64,000 bases of DNA from Candidatus Bathyarchaeota archaeon (GTDB lineage Archaea; Thermoproteota; Bathyarchaeia; Bathyarchaeales; Bathycorpusculaceae): positions 32,001 through 96,000 of the forward strand of contig CAWAKC010000004.1 of NCBI GenBank assembly GCA_963782525.1, given 5' to 3'. Within the stretch, counting starts at the first letter, position 1; each line of letters starts with the position of its first letter. The notes under the pieces were generated by a model that saw nothing but the letters and a program-made list of their open reading frames with translations, ran no database searches and was not told the DNA's origin. The translations under genes were made by a program, and so were the position numbers. Below are positions 1 to 9,727 of this stretch, piece after piece.

Positions 1-240
1 ATTGATTATGATGGAAGAAGTCTTTATCCGCGGCAGGTATTCTTCCCGATGGCTGGTTTAGATGAAGGCTGGAGCAAGCTGGCAAAGACTCTGAAAGCTC
101 AAATTGATGAAGAAAAAATTGAGAACTACCACGGCAACACGTCTTTACCCTTTAAACTCGGTAATAACAAGCAAATAGCGGTCAAAATCATCGACGACCG
201 TGGAATTGAATCCCTAAAAATCATGCGGGTAAGAGAATGA
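1..240 (+). CDS. Type III R-M DNA methyltransferase (Mod), C-terminal end, 5'-truncated by window
   Basis: Frame open from base 1 (IDYDGRSLYPRQVFFP...IAVKIIDDRGIESLK), a typical Mod C-terminus; stop overlaps the Res start (ATGA). Confidence 0.8.
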   Translation: MDYDGRSLYPRQVFFPMAGLDEGWSKLAKTLKAQIDEEKIENYHGNTSLPFKLGNNKQIAVKIIDDRGIESLKIMRVRE

Positions 241-3020
241 CTGATACAACTGACCGCCTAATTATCTGTAGCCCGTATGAGATGCCCCAGAAGCACTTGA
301 GCTATAATCGGGAGATTAGGAAGTTTGAGCTTGTTGAGGGACGCAGAAGAGCAGGATATATTGTGGCCACTGAGGATTCCAGGGCATTCGATGACCCAGG
401 GCATTTCATTCCCCTAGAAGAGGTTAACAAAATCCGTGAAAGAGTAGACAAGTGGCGGGATGCAAGCTATCCTGGCATAACAACAGTAACCAAAGAACTA
501 CTTGAGCACTGGATTAACCCTGAGCGGGAACCACGCTTGTTTTTCTGCCAAATCGAAGCTATAGAAACGCTCATATGGTTACTTGAAGCACCTGAAAAAG
601 AGCGGCAGGGTATTGCAATCAAGGGCGATGGTAGCGCTTTTCAGCGTGTCTGCTCTAAAATGGCTACTGGCAGTGGAAAAACTATTGTTATGGCGATGCT
701 GATTGCATGGCAAGCTATCAACAAAGTGACTTATCCAAAAGATGGCAGATTCTCAAAAAACTTTCTGGTCGTTTCACCTGGATTAACAGTGAAAAACCGA
801 CTTCAAGTGCTCTATTCTACAAATGAACAAGATTACTATCACGCGTTTGATATCGTCCCATCAGATATGTTCGATAAGCTGAGGCAAGCTAACATTAAAG
901 TCATAAATTGGCATATGCTCTCATGGGAATCCCAAGAACAACTAGCACGGAAACACACAGTTGATAAACGCGGTGTGAAAAGCGATGAAGCCTATACACG
1001 CGAAGTCCTCGGAGAAATGGCAAACGCCAAAAACCTCATAGTAATAAACGATGAAGCACACCATGCATGGCGAGAAAACCCAGAAGCAATCGGCAAGTAT
1101 CAAAGAGAACGTGATTTGAAAGATAGCGCGGAAGAAGCAACCGTTTGGATAGGTGGATTAGATAGAATTAACAAAACTCGGGGCATTCTACGATGCCACG
1201 ACTTTTCAGCCACACCATTTTATCCATCAGGCAAAAAAGCCTCAGAGGAAAACCTGTTTAGTTGGATAGTTAGCGATTTTGGCTTAAACGACGCAATAGA
1301 ATCAGGCTTGGTGAAAACTCCTTGCGTTGTAATTCGGGACGATGGCCGGCTAACTAAGCAGATGAAATCAAGGTTCTATCATATCTACGCTGACCCCGAT
1401 GTTAAAGGCGACATCAATCGACAAGCTGAAGAGAATGAACCCTTGCCTGACCTAATCAATACAGCATACATGCATTTGGGTAAGCATTGGGCAGAAACTC
1501 TCGATCTTTGGAAGAAGAACAAGGTTGAGACGCCACCCGTAATGATAACCGTTTGCAACAGGACGGAAACCGCTGCCAGAGTAGAGTACGCCTTTAACCA
1601 CAAAAAAATAAAGGTTGAAGGATTAAATGACTCCACAAAAACATTGAGAATTGACTCTAAAATTATGGCAGAAGCCGAAAGCAAAGAAGAAGCGGCTGAA
1701 AAAGAGGCTGAACATGAGAAGAAGCAAACCCAAAGCGACAGGGCTGATTTTCTGCGCGAACAGGTAAATACAGTGGGCGTTGTAGGCAAACCAGGTGAGC
1801 AAATTCAAAATGTCATTTCAGTGGGAATGTTGACTGAGGGTTGGGATGCCAAAACCGTTACTCATATCATGGGTTTGAGGGCTTTTACTAGCCAGTTGCT
1901 ATGTGAACAGGTGGTTGGCAGAGGATTAAGAAGAACATCATACGATGTAGACCCAGAAACTGGGCTTTACGCTCCAGAGTACGTTAACATCTTTGGCATA
2001 CCCTTCACGTTTCTGCCCCATGAAGGCGGCGAAGATACACCTCCACCGCCACCAAAACCAAGGACGCGAATCTACCCAGACCCAGACAAGAAACAATACG
2101 AAATTACATGGCCAAATATCGTTAGAATCAACCATACCTACACACCAAAACTAACCCTCGATGTTTCAAAGGTAAAACGCATTGAACTGCGACCGGAAGA
2201 AACTCCGCTTAGCTCAGATTTGGCAGCGATGATTGAAGGCAAACCCAACGCTAAATTCCTTACAGAAATCAACTTGGCAGATAAAACGGTCGAAAACTAT
2301 TTACAGGCTGTAAGAAGGCAGCGGTTGATTTTTGAGATTTCAAAGGAAATATACGACCAGATGATGCCGAATTGGCAGGGTAGCAAAGAATACTTGCTTA
2401 TTCAACTGGTTAAGATGGTTGAGGACTTCATCGATTCCAACAAAGTATTCATCTATAGTTTAGCCTACCGTGAAGACGACTTGCGAAGAAGGCTCCTCAT
2501 ACTTCTAAACATGAACAAAATAGTTCACCACATCTTTACTGCGATTAAATTTAAAAATACACAGCAGACTGCGCCGATTTTCAACAAAGAGCAAGCCATC
2601 AAATCAACCGAGAATATGATGACTTGGTTTACAACTCGTCCCTGTGAACATACTAAAAGAAGCCATATCAGTCAAATCGTAGTAGACAGCACTTGGGAAA
2701 TGACTGAAGCCTTTGAGTTGGATCGGAACCCAGATGTTGTGGCTTGGGCAAAAAATGACCATCTTGGCTTTACTATTAGCTACATCTTCCGAGGAGTCAT
2801 CCACAAGTACTACCCTGACTTTCTCATCAAACTATCAAACGGCAAAACCCTAATATTGGAAGTCAAAGGCAGAGATGATCAACAAAACAAAACCAAACGC
2901 GAATACCTCAACGAATGGGTCGAAGCTGTCAATGCAGACGGTAGATTCGGTAAATGGGCATGGGATGTTTCCTTTAGAACTTCAGATATTAAAGACAAAA
3001 TAAAGAAACACTCGGGCTAA
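237..3020 (+). CDS. Type III restriction endonuclease Res subunit (SF2 helicase + PD-(D/E)xK nuclease)
   Basis: MATGSGKT Walker A, DEAHH, LTEGWD, EQVVGRGLRR, C-terminal YYPDF...LEVKG. Confidence 0.92.
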   Translation: MTDTTDRLIICSPYEMPQKHLSYNREIRKFELVEGRRRAGYIVATEDSRAFDDPGHFIPLEEVNKIRERVDKWRDASYPGITTVTKELLEHWINPEREPRLFFCQIEAIETLIWLLEAPEKERQGIAIKGDGSAFQRVCSKMATGSGKTIVMAMLIAWQAINKVTYPKDGRFSKNFLVVSPGLTVKNRLQVLYSTNEQDYYHAFDIVPSDMFDKLRQANIKVINWHMLSWESQEQLARKHTVDKRGVKSDEAYTREVLGEMANAKNLIVINDEAHHAWRENPEAIGKYQRERDLKDSAEEATVWIGGLDRINKTRGILRCHDFSATPFYPSGKKASEENLFSWIVSDFGLNDAIESGLVKTPCVVIRDDGRLTKQMKSRFYHIYADPDVKGDINRQAEENEPLPDLINTAYMHLGKHWAETLDLWKKNKVETPPVMITVCNRTETAARVEYAFNHKKIKVEGLNDSTKTLRIDSKIMAEAESKEEAAEKEAEHEKKQTQSDRADFLREQVNTVGVVGKPGEQIQNVISVGMLTEGWDAKTVTHIMGLRAFTSQLLCEQVVGRGLRRTSYDVDPETGLYAPEYVNIFGIPFTFLPHEGGEDTPPPPPKPRTRIYPDPDKKQYEITWPNIVRINHTYTPKLTLDVSKVKRIELRPEETPLSSDLAAMIEGKPNAKFLTEINLADKTVENYLQAVRRQRLIFEISKEIYDQMMPNWQGSKEYLLIQLVKMVEDFIDSNKVFIYSLAYREDDLRRRLLILLNMNKIVHHIFTAIKFKNTQQTAPIFNKEQAIKSTENMMTWFTTRPCEHTKRSHISQIVVDSTWEMTEAFELDRNPDVVAWAKNDHLGFTISYIFRGVIHKYYPDFLIKLSNGKTLILEVKGRDDQQNKTKREYLNEWVEAVNADGRFGKWAWDVSFRTSDIKDKIKKHSG

Positions 3021-3029
3021 GGGCAGAAT

Positions 3030-3896
3030 ATGAGCGTTGAAAACCTGTTACCCTCGTTCAGCGATTTAGGAAACATATCCTTAATAGTGTTGGCCGCGGT
3101 GGCAGCTCTTTTCTATTTTGGAAAGTTATCTTCAAGCGTTAAGATCGAACAATACGAGAAAGATGACTATTATATTGAAGGTTTTTTCTTTGCTTTCTTT
3201 TATGTAGGCATTCCGTTTATCTTAGTGTTGGGGCTATCAGAGCTATTTACCCAGCACTTTCCAGGCTTCACATGGCAAACAAACAACATCCTTCTGGTCA
3301 TAGCAATTCTGACCGAGGCAATAATCACATATCTCTTAGCTGCTACAATTACATTTAACCACTCAAGGTTTACTCTGTTTTCTCAACTGAAGGAAGCCTA
3401 TACGAAGGCATATAACAAAGAAAAAGCGAAGAAATCACTACTCATAGCATCAGCCGAAAAGGCAACAGCAAAACTAAACATAAACCTCTCTGAAGACTCC
3501 CTGAACGCTCAAAGTAGTCTGGCGGATACAGTCTGCCGACCGATAACAATTTTCTTGACGTCACTAATTCTGGTATTAGTTGCTTATGCTACTTTTATTT
3601 CGCCCCCACCTATCGTTGTTTTTAGTTCTACTGAAATCTCAATAGTTCTTTATGTTCTAACGTTTGTAAATCTAACTTTTTTAGCACTCGCTTTTGGCTA
3701 TATCAATGTCTACCATCCTCCAGCAACCATTCACTTGGATGATGGAACAAAAATTGAGGGAAAACTAGTCAAAATAGGCAAATTCCTGTACATAGTAAGT
3801 GAAAAAGATCATCATAAGATTTTCATAAACTCAGAAAAGGTTGTTCGAGTAGAAGAGGACATGTTCAAAGTAGAAAGCGATGAAAAGGCGGAATGA
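3030..3896 (+). CDS. Multi-pass membrane protein with small C-terminal soluble beta-barrel (Sm-like) domain
   Basis: ~5 hydrophobic segments; C-terminal ATIHLDDGTKIEGKLVK...FINSEKVVRVE pattern. Confidence 0.6.
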   Translation: MSVENLLPSFSDLGNISLIVLAAVAALFYFGKLSSSVKIEQYEKDDYYIEGFFFAFFYVGIPFILVLGLSELFTQHFPGFTWQTNNILLVIAILTEAIITYLLAATITFNHSRFTLFSQLKEAYTKAYNKEKAKKSLLIASAEKATAKLNINLSEDSLNAQSSLADTVCRPITIFLTSLILVLVAYATFISPPPIVVFSSTEISIVLYVLTFVNLTFLALAFGYINVYHPPATIHLDDGTKIEGKLVKIGKFLYIVSEKDHHKIFINSEKVVRVEEDMFKVESDEKAE

Positions 3897-3905
3897 TATT
3901 GCATG

Positions 3906-4205
3906 CTATTCTTCTGGTTCAACCTCTAAATGGACCGTAATGCGCTCTATGTCCTTTTCAGTCATCAAATCCTCTTGCGTTCGGTTGTCAACTATGCCGT
4001 CGGCTATGCTCTGGACGATATAACTGCAAATAAAACATAATGGAATATTTACTAAAGTATGGTCTTTATCTTTGTTGAAAGGCAACGTGACAAGCTCATC
4101 TTCGGTTACGCCGGTGGCCCACGCACCCTTAGCCTTTAGTCTGATGAGTTCTTCTGCAACTTCTTTTTTGGTTCTTTTGCACATCCAACATCTCTTCTCA
4201 TTCAA
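3906..4205 (-). CDS. Hypothetical Zn-binding protein
   Basis: CWMC...CFIC motifs; directly downstream of the RHH gene. Confidence 0.55.
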   Translation of the reverse strand: MNEKRCWMCKRTKKEVAEELIRLKAKGAWATGVTEDELVTLPFNKDKDHTLVNIPLCFICSYIVQSIADGIVDNRTQEDLMTEKDIERITVHLEVEPEE

Positions 4206-4211
4206 GATAAA

Positions 4212-4640
4212 TCACCGATTAATGCCAGATTTTCTTTCTCGTTTAAACTCGTCGTATTTGTAGAGTACTTCACTTATCTGGCTGCGGATAAATTGCTCTG
4301 GTGAGCGGTAAGTTGTTCCCATTTCTTTTAGGGCTTCTTCTAGCTCATCGTATTGTTCGCGTGAGACCTCTACATACTCGTTGTCGTTTTTGAGTCTCTC
4401 GAGTCTTACTCTTATGGCGTCTCGTACGAAGTCCTCTTTGTTGACAAAGCCCCTGTCTTTGTTTTCTTCGATGAAGTTTTGCACTTTGGCGATGACTTCT
4501 GGGGGTAGTATAACTGATTGTTCCATTAGTGCGTTTAGGGCGTCTTGGTAGGTTTGCATTTTGTTGGTTTCTGCTGTGAGTTCGCCTAGTAGTCCGGTTA
4601 GTTTGCTGTGGATGTCGTCGGAGATTTTTATGGCTTTCAT
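4212..4640 (-). CDS. Multi-RHH/CopG-like DNA-binding protein
   Basis: MKAIKISDDIH, FVNKEDFVRDAIR and YRSPEQFIR ribbon-helix-helix-like repeats. Confidence 0.65.
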   Translation of the reverse strand: MKAIKISDDIHSKLTGLLGELTAETNKMQTYQDALNALMEQSVILPPEVIAKVQNFIEENKDRGFVNKEDFVRDAIRVRLERLKNDNEYVEVSREQYDELEEALKEMGTTYRSPEQFIRSQISEVLYKYDEFKRERKSGINR

Positions 4641-4711
4641 ACTGTTTTTCGCCTTTTGATTGAGGTAGGATTAGTAGGATTAGATTTATAAGGTTATCCA
4701 AAGTAAACGCA

Positions 4712-4726
4712 GTTAACTAAGTTAAC
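4712..4726. promoter_or_regulatory. Palindromic operator candidate between divergent RHH genes
   Basis: GTTAACT-A-AGTTAAC perfect inverted repeat near TATA-like TTTATAA. Confidence 0.45.
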
Positions 4727-4735
4727 CATAAGGGG

Positions 4736-4963
4736 ATGTGTAAGATGAAAGCAAAAGTCGGATTCACCATCGATCAAGAGGTCTTAAAGGAAATAGACGC
4801 CCTAAGAGACCTAGCTACACGTAGCGCCTTCGCCAACGAAATCCTCAAACAAGGACTCAGAGCATACAAGTCAACCCACAAGAAACCTAAAGCGCCTTAC
4901 CCAGCTATAACCATTGATACCGCTGAGGAAACAGCGTTAGCGATGCCGAGGGACAAGCAATGA
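4736..4963 (+). CDS. Small RHH/CopG-family regulator
   Basis: KVGFTIDQEVLKEID...SAFANEILKQGL. Confidence 0.65.
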   Translation: MCKMKAKVGFTIDQEVLKEIDALRDLATRSAFANEILKQGLRAYKSTHKKPKAPYPAITIDTAEETALAMPRDKQ

Positions 4964-5199
4964 TGCAACCCCATAGGATTTGCCCTTTAGCCGCAGCCCA
5001 CCCTCGACAAGAAAACAGCGATTGCCTGGGCGAAGCGTGCGCATGCCACGTAAAGATGCAAAAGCCCCGCTTAATGCAAACAGGCAACACCAGCATTGTT
5101 GATCTAGAGAGTTTCTATCGCTATGTCGGATGCGGACTGGTGGCACATATTCCCTGGGAACTTGTCAACTTCGAAAAGATTCCAGAATCAAACAAGTAA
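4960..5199 (+). CDS. Small Cys-rich hypothetical protein
   Basis: ATGA-coupled to the preceding gene; CPL...CLGEACAC...CGL pattern. Confidence 0.5.
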   Translation: MMQPHRICPLAAAHPRQENSDCLGEACACHVKMQKPRLMQTGNTSIVDLESFYRYVGCGLVAHIPWELVNFEKIPESNK

Positions 5200-5219
5200 C
5201 CTAACAATAAAATGAAGAG

Positions 5220-5663
5220 GTGTGGGAGGGAATGGCTATTCTCGCTACAAATTCTAAGAAGAGCACCAATGAAGCCAGTGTAAGTTTTGGCGAGTCGGCT
5301 ACTGTAAATGCCGCTGGCAATGGCTCCCAAATCCTAAAAGCCGTTTATATCCGCTACAGAGACCACGTGTTTTTCAGAAACGTCCAGACACCAGCAGCTC
5401 AAGCAATCATACGGGAAACAATAGGCTGGATTAAAGAAGAAAACGATGAAGTTATGCTTATCGAATGCGATAGACCTCTCCCCGAGTGCCACAGCGGCTT
5501 TAACGGCGTGGTTGTAATCAAAAGCTGCATTGTCGCCATGGTATCTCTCAATTTTGAGCATGTTTTAAATTGTCCAGCCACTTTACTAAAGAATCGAGTA
5601 TGCGCTCCTAGCCAAAGAAGCGAAAAACTCACCCCTAAAAACAAACGGAAGGGGCGAAATTGA
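5220..5663 (+). CDS. Hypothetical mobile-element protein
   Basis: VYIRYRDH...ETIGWI...GVVVIKSCI pattern; overlaps the integrase start. Confidence 0.5.
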   Translation: MWEGMAILATNSKKSTNEASVSFGESATVNAAGNGSQILKAVYIRYRDHVFFRNVQTPAAQAIIRETIGWIKEENDEVMLIECDRPLPECHSGFNGVVVIKSCIVAMVSLNFEHVLNCPATLLKNRVCAPSQRSEKLTPKNKRKGRN

Positions 5664-7117
5664 TAGAGAGAAAGACGCAAAATACAGCAATCGCAATAGA
5701 GCGAAAACGTAACCTCACCGTTGATGACTTAAAAAAACTCAATCTGCCACTACAATTCCAAGGTCAACTCGTCATTATCGAAAAAAGCCTCAACAACATC
5801 CGCCTGCAAAATCCCATTAGCTTAGAGCTCAGCAAAATCTTAGCGACTGGAGAAATAGGACTCGCAGACTACATCATACGCAGCTGCCTCAACAAGTACC
5901 CAAACATGATCCCCTACATCTTTGAACATCAAAGCATGGTCAAGATGTCCCGACACTTTCTACGTCACTGCAGCGGCTCCCATGAGAGCTGTCCTGGATA
6001 TGCACTCCGATTCAAAAAATACGCCGACTGGCTCGGATACAGCCCTGACTTAATAATCCAAGACGTCAAACCCGTAGGCGCAATCCCCGACCCCCTAAAA
6101 GTGCAAAACCACTGCGGATTCTTAAGCGACTACCTAGCAGCCCTCCAAGATAGCGACCTAAAGCCCGGCGCAGTCTGCAACTACATCAAAGCAGTCAAAA
6201 CCTTCTACCGCACCAACGGAGTAAAAAAGATTGAACTAGACGAACCGTTGAGCCGAAATATATCTCACAAAGACAGAGCACCCAAACCCGAAGAACTAAC
6301 CGTAATGCTAGACAAAGCCGCTATACGCGAAAGTTTTGTTATCGCAGGCATAGCAACAGGAGGCTTTAGAGAAGGCACCTTTGCCAAACTAAAATACCGC
6401 CACGTCAAAGAAGACTTAGAAGCAAACCGCATACCGATCCACATCCACGTTGAAGCAGACATAACCAAGGGCAAATACCACGACTACGACACATTTCTAA
6501 ACGCTGAAGCCTGTCACCTCTTAAAACTCTACATCGACCAAAGAAAACAGGGCACCCGAGGAGTGTCACCGGAAGAAATTACTGACGAATCACCGCTGAT
6601 CAGAAACAGCCGTGTTGCGAACAGAGTCTTAGGAGTCACCGAAAAAACCATCCGCCAAATCGTGCATGACTCCGCTGTCGAAGCAAAGGTCGCTAAAAAA
6701 CTACCTAACAGCTGGATGTATAGCGTAAGAACACACAGCCTCAGAAAATTCTTCAGAACCCAATTAAGCGCATCGAAGATCGACGACGAAATCATCAAGT
6801 ACATGATGGGAAAAACCATCGACACATACGAAGACGTGCAGAGTTTAGGCATTGAAACCCTTAGAAATCTATACGCTGCTGCAGGCTTAGCAATCAGACC
6901 CAAAACTAAAGTCAACCGGATTGATCAACTCAAAGAAATCATACGCGCCTGGGGAGAAAACCCTGAACAAATACTTTCAAAGGATGTCTTGTTGCGCGGC
7001 AACCAAACCGTTTACTGCGCGGGCGCACAAAGTGATGAGCAGATCAATAGTCATCAGCTATCTGTTCTTGCAACGGAGCTTAAACAGATTATACGCAAAG
7101 AGGTTACAGAAAAATGA
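5660..7117 (+). CDS. Tyrosine recombinase/integrase
   Basis: TGGFR(E) catalytic Arg region, TKGK, HSLRKFF, YMMG...TY; N-terminal SAM-like domain. Confidence 0.9.
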   Translation: MIERKTQNTAIAIERKRNLTVDDLKKLNLPLQFQGQLVIIEKSLNNIRLQNPISLELSKILATGEIGLADYIIRSCLNKYPNMIPYIFEHQSMVKMSRHFLRHCSGSHESCPGYALRFKKYADWLGYSPDLIIQDVKPVGAIPDPLKVQNHCGFLSDYLAALQDSDLKPGAVCNYIKAVKTFYRTNGVKKIELDEPLSRNISHKDRAPKPEELTVMLDKAAIRESFVIAGIATGGFREGTFAKLKYRHVKEDLEANRIPIHIHVEADITKGKYHDYDTFLNAEACHLLKLYIDQRKQGTRGVSPEEITDESPLIRNSRVANRVLGVTEKTIRQIVHDSAVEAKVAKKLPNSWMYSVRTHSLRKFFRTQLSASKIDDEIIKYMMGKTIDTYEDVQSLGIETLRNLYAAAGLAIRPKTKVNRIDQLKEIIRAWGENPEQILSKDVLLRGNQTVYCAGAQSDEQINSHQLSVLATELKQIIRKEVTEK

Positions 7118-7152
7118 CCATCAAAAACAGTACTTATTACGTTACAACTAGG

Positions 7153-7227
7153 CGGGTCCGACGGGAATTGAACCCGCGACCCTCGGATTAAGAGTCCGAT
7201 GCTCTAGCCTGACTGAGCTACGGACCC
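7153..7227 (-). tRNA. tRNA-Lys (anticodon CTT), intronless
   Basis: Reverse complement GGGTCCGTAGCTCAGTCAGGCTAGAGCATCGGACTCTTAATCCGAGGGTCGCGGGTTCAATTCCCGTCGGACCCG folds into a cloverleaf. Confidence 0.95.
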
Positions 7228-7330
7228 GCGTGGTTTGAAAAAGGGTTTCATTGAGCAATATAGAGCTTGTGGTTTTGTTGTTGCAGCCTGATGCAGGGAA
7301 GACTAAATAGAAAGAGGCGCTCTAGTTTTT

Positions 7331-8254
7331 GTGGTGCTTTTTGTGGTTGATTCTTCTGGTGAGGTTTTTGTTTTAAAAACAACCGATAGGGCAACAGGGG
7401 TTCCTGCGCTTCTAAAAAAGTTTGGTTTAGATGATTATGCAGGGAAGCAGGTGGCCGTTAAAGCTAATTTTAACAGTGCTGATCCGTTTCCAGCTTCAAC
7501 AAACTTGGAGACTTTGGGCGCCATTGTGGAAACCCTAAAAGTTGCTGGTGCAGGTGGGATAACGTTGGCTGAACGCAGCGGCATGGGCAACACCACAGAG
7601 GTCCTTGAAGAGATGGGCGTCTTTGCACTATCGCGGAAACTGGGGTTTAACGCAGTTGTTTTAGATAGCATTGGCAAAGACGGCTGGATCAAAATTAAAC
7701 GCAACAAAACCCACTGGTTAAACGGCTTCTACATGGCAAAGGTTTTCCATGACGCCGACAAAATCGTTCAAACATGCTGCCTCAAAACTCACCGCTTCGG
7801 CGGTCACTTCACCCTGTCACTAAAAAACTCTGTAGGTTTAGTTGCCAAGAAGGTTCCAGGCGGCATGTACGATTACATGTGGGAACTGCACGGTTCCCCG
7901 TTCCAAAGACAGATGATTGCAGAAATAAACAACCACTACAACCTGGACTTTGTCGTGATGGATGGGATAAAAGCGTTCGTTACGGGGGGGCCAGAAAGTG
8001 GCAAAGTCGTTGAGCCAAACCTTTTACTCGCAAGTAAAGACCGAGTAGCCATCGATGCAGTTGGGGTTGCAATTCTAAAGGTGTACGGTGCCAGAGGTAA
8101 GGTGGGTGAAGCTGGCGTTTTTGAGCAGGACCAGCTGAAACGGGCAGCCGAGCTAGGTTTTGGGGTTAAATCAGTTGATGAAATCAAGTTGATGCCTCTG
8201 AATAGTGAAAGCCAATCGGAAGTAGAGAAGATAGAACAGGTTCTAAGAGCATAA
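7331..8254 (+). CDS. DUF362 domain-containing protein
   Basis: VAVKANFNSADP, LKTHRFGGHFTLSLKNSVG, DRVAIDAVG; true start may be a few codons downstream. Confidence 0.85.
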   Translation: MVLFVVDSSGEVFVLKTTDRATGVPALLKKFGLDDYAGKQVAVKANFNSADPFPASTNLETLGAIVETLKVAGAGGITLAERSGMGNTTEVLEEMGVFALSRKLGFNAVVLDSIGKDGWIKIKRNKTHWLNGFYMAKVFHDADKIVQTCCLKTHRFGGHFTLSLKNSVGLVAKKVPGGMYDYMWELHGSPFQRQMIAEINNHYNLDFVVMDGIKAFVTGGPESGKVVEPNLLLASKDRVAIDAVGVAILKVYGARGKVGEAGVFEQDQLKRAAELGFGVKSVDEIKLMPLNSESQSEVEKIEQVLRA

Positions 8255-8258
8255 GTAA

Positions 8259-8933
8259 CTATGCATTGATGCCTTTTAGTATGTCTGGTTTGTCGCTGGC
8301 TATGCCATCTACACCTTTTTTAGCGTATTCTTGGGCTTCTTGAGGGGTGTTTATGGTCCAAACGATGATTTTTAAGCCGTTTTCATGCGCTTTCTGCACC
8401 ATGGCTGTATGAGTTAACCTGTAGAGTGCGACGAGATAGTTTGCTTTGAGTTCTAAAGCTGCTTTAACGGGATTGCTGTGTTTTGCATAAATCAAACCTG
8501 TCTCCACGCTCTTGTTTAGTTCTCTAACTTTCTTTAGGGCATCTTCAAGGAATGAAATGATTACAACATTTTTCTCAAGACCCCTTGCCTGAACTATCGA
8601 AAGCACCTGTTCCTCAATGCCCTTTTCCTTTAGTTCAACCAAAACTTTCACTTTCTTGTCCAAAAAATCTAACGCTTCCTTCAAAGTCGGAATCTTCTCG
8701 CCACCCTCAGCAGAAAAACCCTTAACTTGTGCAAGTGTGAGTTCGCTTACCACGCCTTCGCCGTCTGTAGTCCGCTTAACATCTGCATCATGAATAACAA
8801 CAAGTTGGTTATCTTTGGTTTTTCTAACATCCACCTCGATTGCATCAACGCCGATTTCTAAGGCTTTCTTAAAACTTGCCAACGTATTCTCGGGAGCATA
8901 GGCTCTAGCGCCGCGATGACCAATACGTAACAT
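8259..8933 (-). CDS. Glycerophosphodiester phosphodiesterase
   Basis: GHRGA...PENTL, IEVDV, HD, VWTIN, GIASDKP. Confidence 0.92.
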   Translation of the reverse strand: MLRIGHRGARAYAPENTLASFKKALEIGVDAIEVDVRKTKDNQLVVIHDADVKRTTDGEGVVSELTLAQVKGFSAEGGEKIPTLKEALDFLDKKVKVLVELKEKGIEEQVLSIVQARGLEKNVVIISFLEDALKKVRELNKSVETGLIYAKHSNPVKAALELKANYLVALYRLTHTAMVQKAHENGLKIIVWTINTPQEAQEYAKKGVDGIASDKPDILKGINA

Positions 8934-9253
8934 AATATAGACTTGGTTAACCTGAGAATAATATCTTGCTGAAATTCATCGGATCGATCGATCAATTGAA
9001 GCACTTATCTTTGATTGATGATACTGTTGTGTGCAGAATTGGTTTGCATCATCATCAGCATCATTATCATCTTCTCAGGAGTTCTTACTTTCGTTTCAGT
9101 TTGAGGTGTACTTGGCAATTTGGGTTGTCTTGATTGTTGCAACCGGTGTGCAGAATTCTGTTGCAGCAGCAGCAACAACTTCTCTTCCAAGTTTGTCCCG
9201 GTTATTGAACGCTTAAATATTTTCGCAGCTCACTCCAACAATGAGGAGTAACG

Positions 9254-9727
9254 ATGTCTTTTCAAGAAAAAATTGTTCTAAACCCCATAGGTTACGTCAA
9301 AACCACCACTAAAGGTGAAGAAGTCAAAGACAAAGCGTCATTGTCACAGATTGTTCTTCGCGACGATTTAGTCGAGGGTTTAAGCGGCATCTCTGACTAT
9401 TCGCATCTGTTTGTACTGTTCTACCTTAACCAAGTTACAAATGAACAAAAGAAAACCTTGAGAGTTCATCCAAGAGGCAGAATGGACATGCCCTTAGTGG
9501 GCGTATTTGTGGCCAGAACTATGCTGCGCCCAAATCCTATCGGGTTAACTTTGGTTGAACTTGTTAAAGTAGAAGGCAACGTTTTGACGGTGAGAGGTTT
9601 GGATGCTTACGATGAGACGCCAGTCTTAGACATTAAAACTTATGACTTCTGGGATATGGCTGAAAACATTCGTGTTCCAGATTGGTGGAAAAAACTTAAC
9701 AGCGAAAAACTGCAAAAACTAAAGTAG
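9254..9727 (+). CDS. tsaA: tRNA m6t6A37 methyltransferase TrmO/TsaA family
   Basis: PIGYV, GVFxxR..RPNPIGL, GLDAYDETPVLDIK. Confidence 0.85.
   Translation: MSFQEKIVLNPIGYVKTTTKGEEVKDKASLSQIVLRDDLVEGLSGISDYSHLFVLFYLNQVTNEQKKTLRVHPRGRMDMPLVGVFVARTMLRPNPIGLTLVELVKVEGNVLTVRGLDAYDETPVLDIKTYDFWDMAENIRVPDWWKKLNSEKLQKLK

Larger units (their letters stand above)
1..7150. mobile_element. Right part of an integrative element inserted at the 3' end of tRNA-Lys; left boundary lies outside the window
   Basis: Tyrosine integrase stops ~35 bp from the tRNA 3' end; cargo is a Type III R-M system plus small RHH and Zn-finger genes. Confidence 0.75.
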
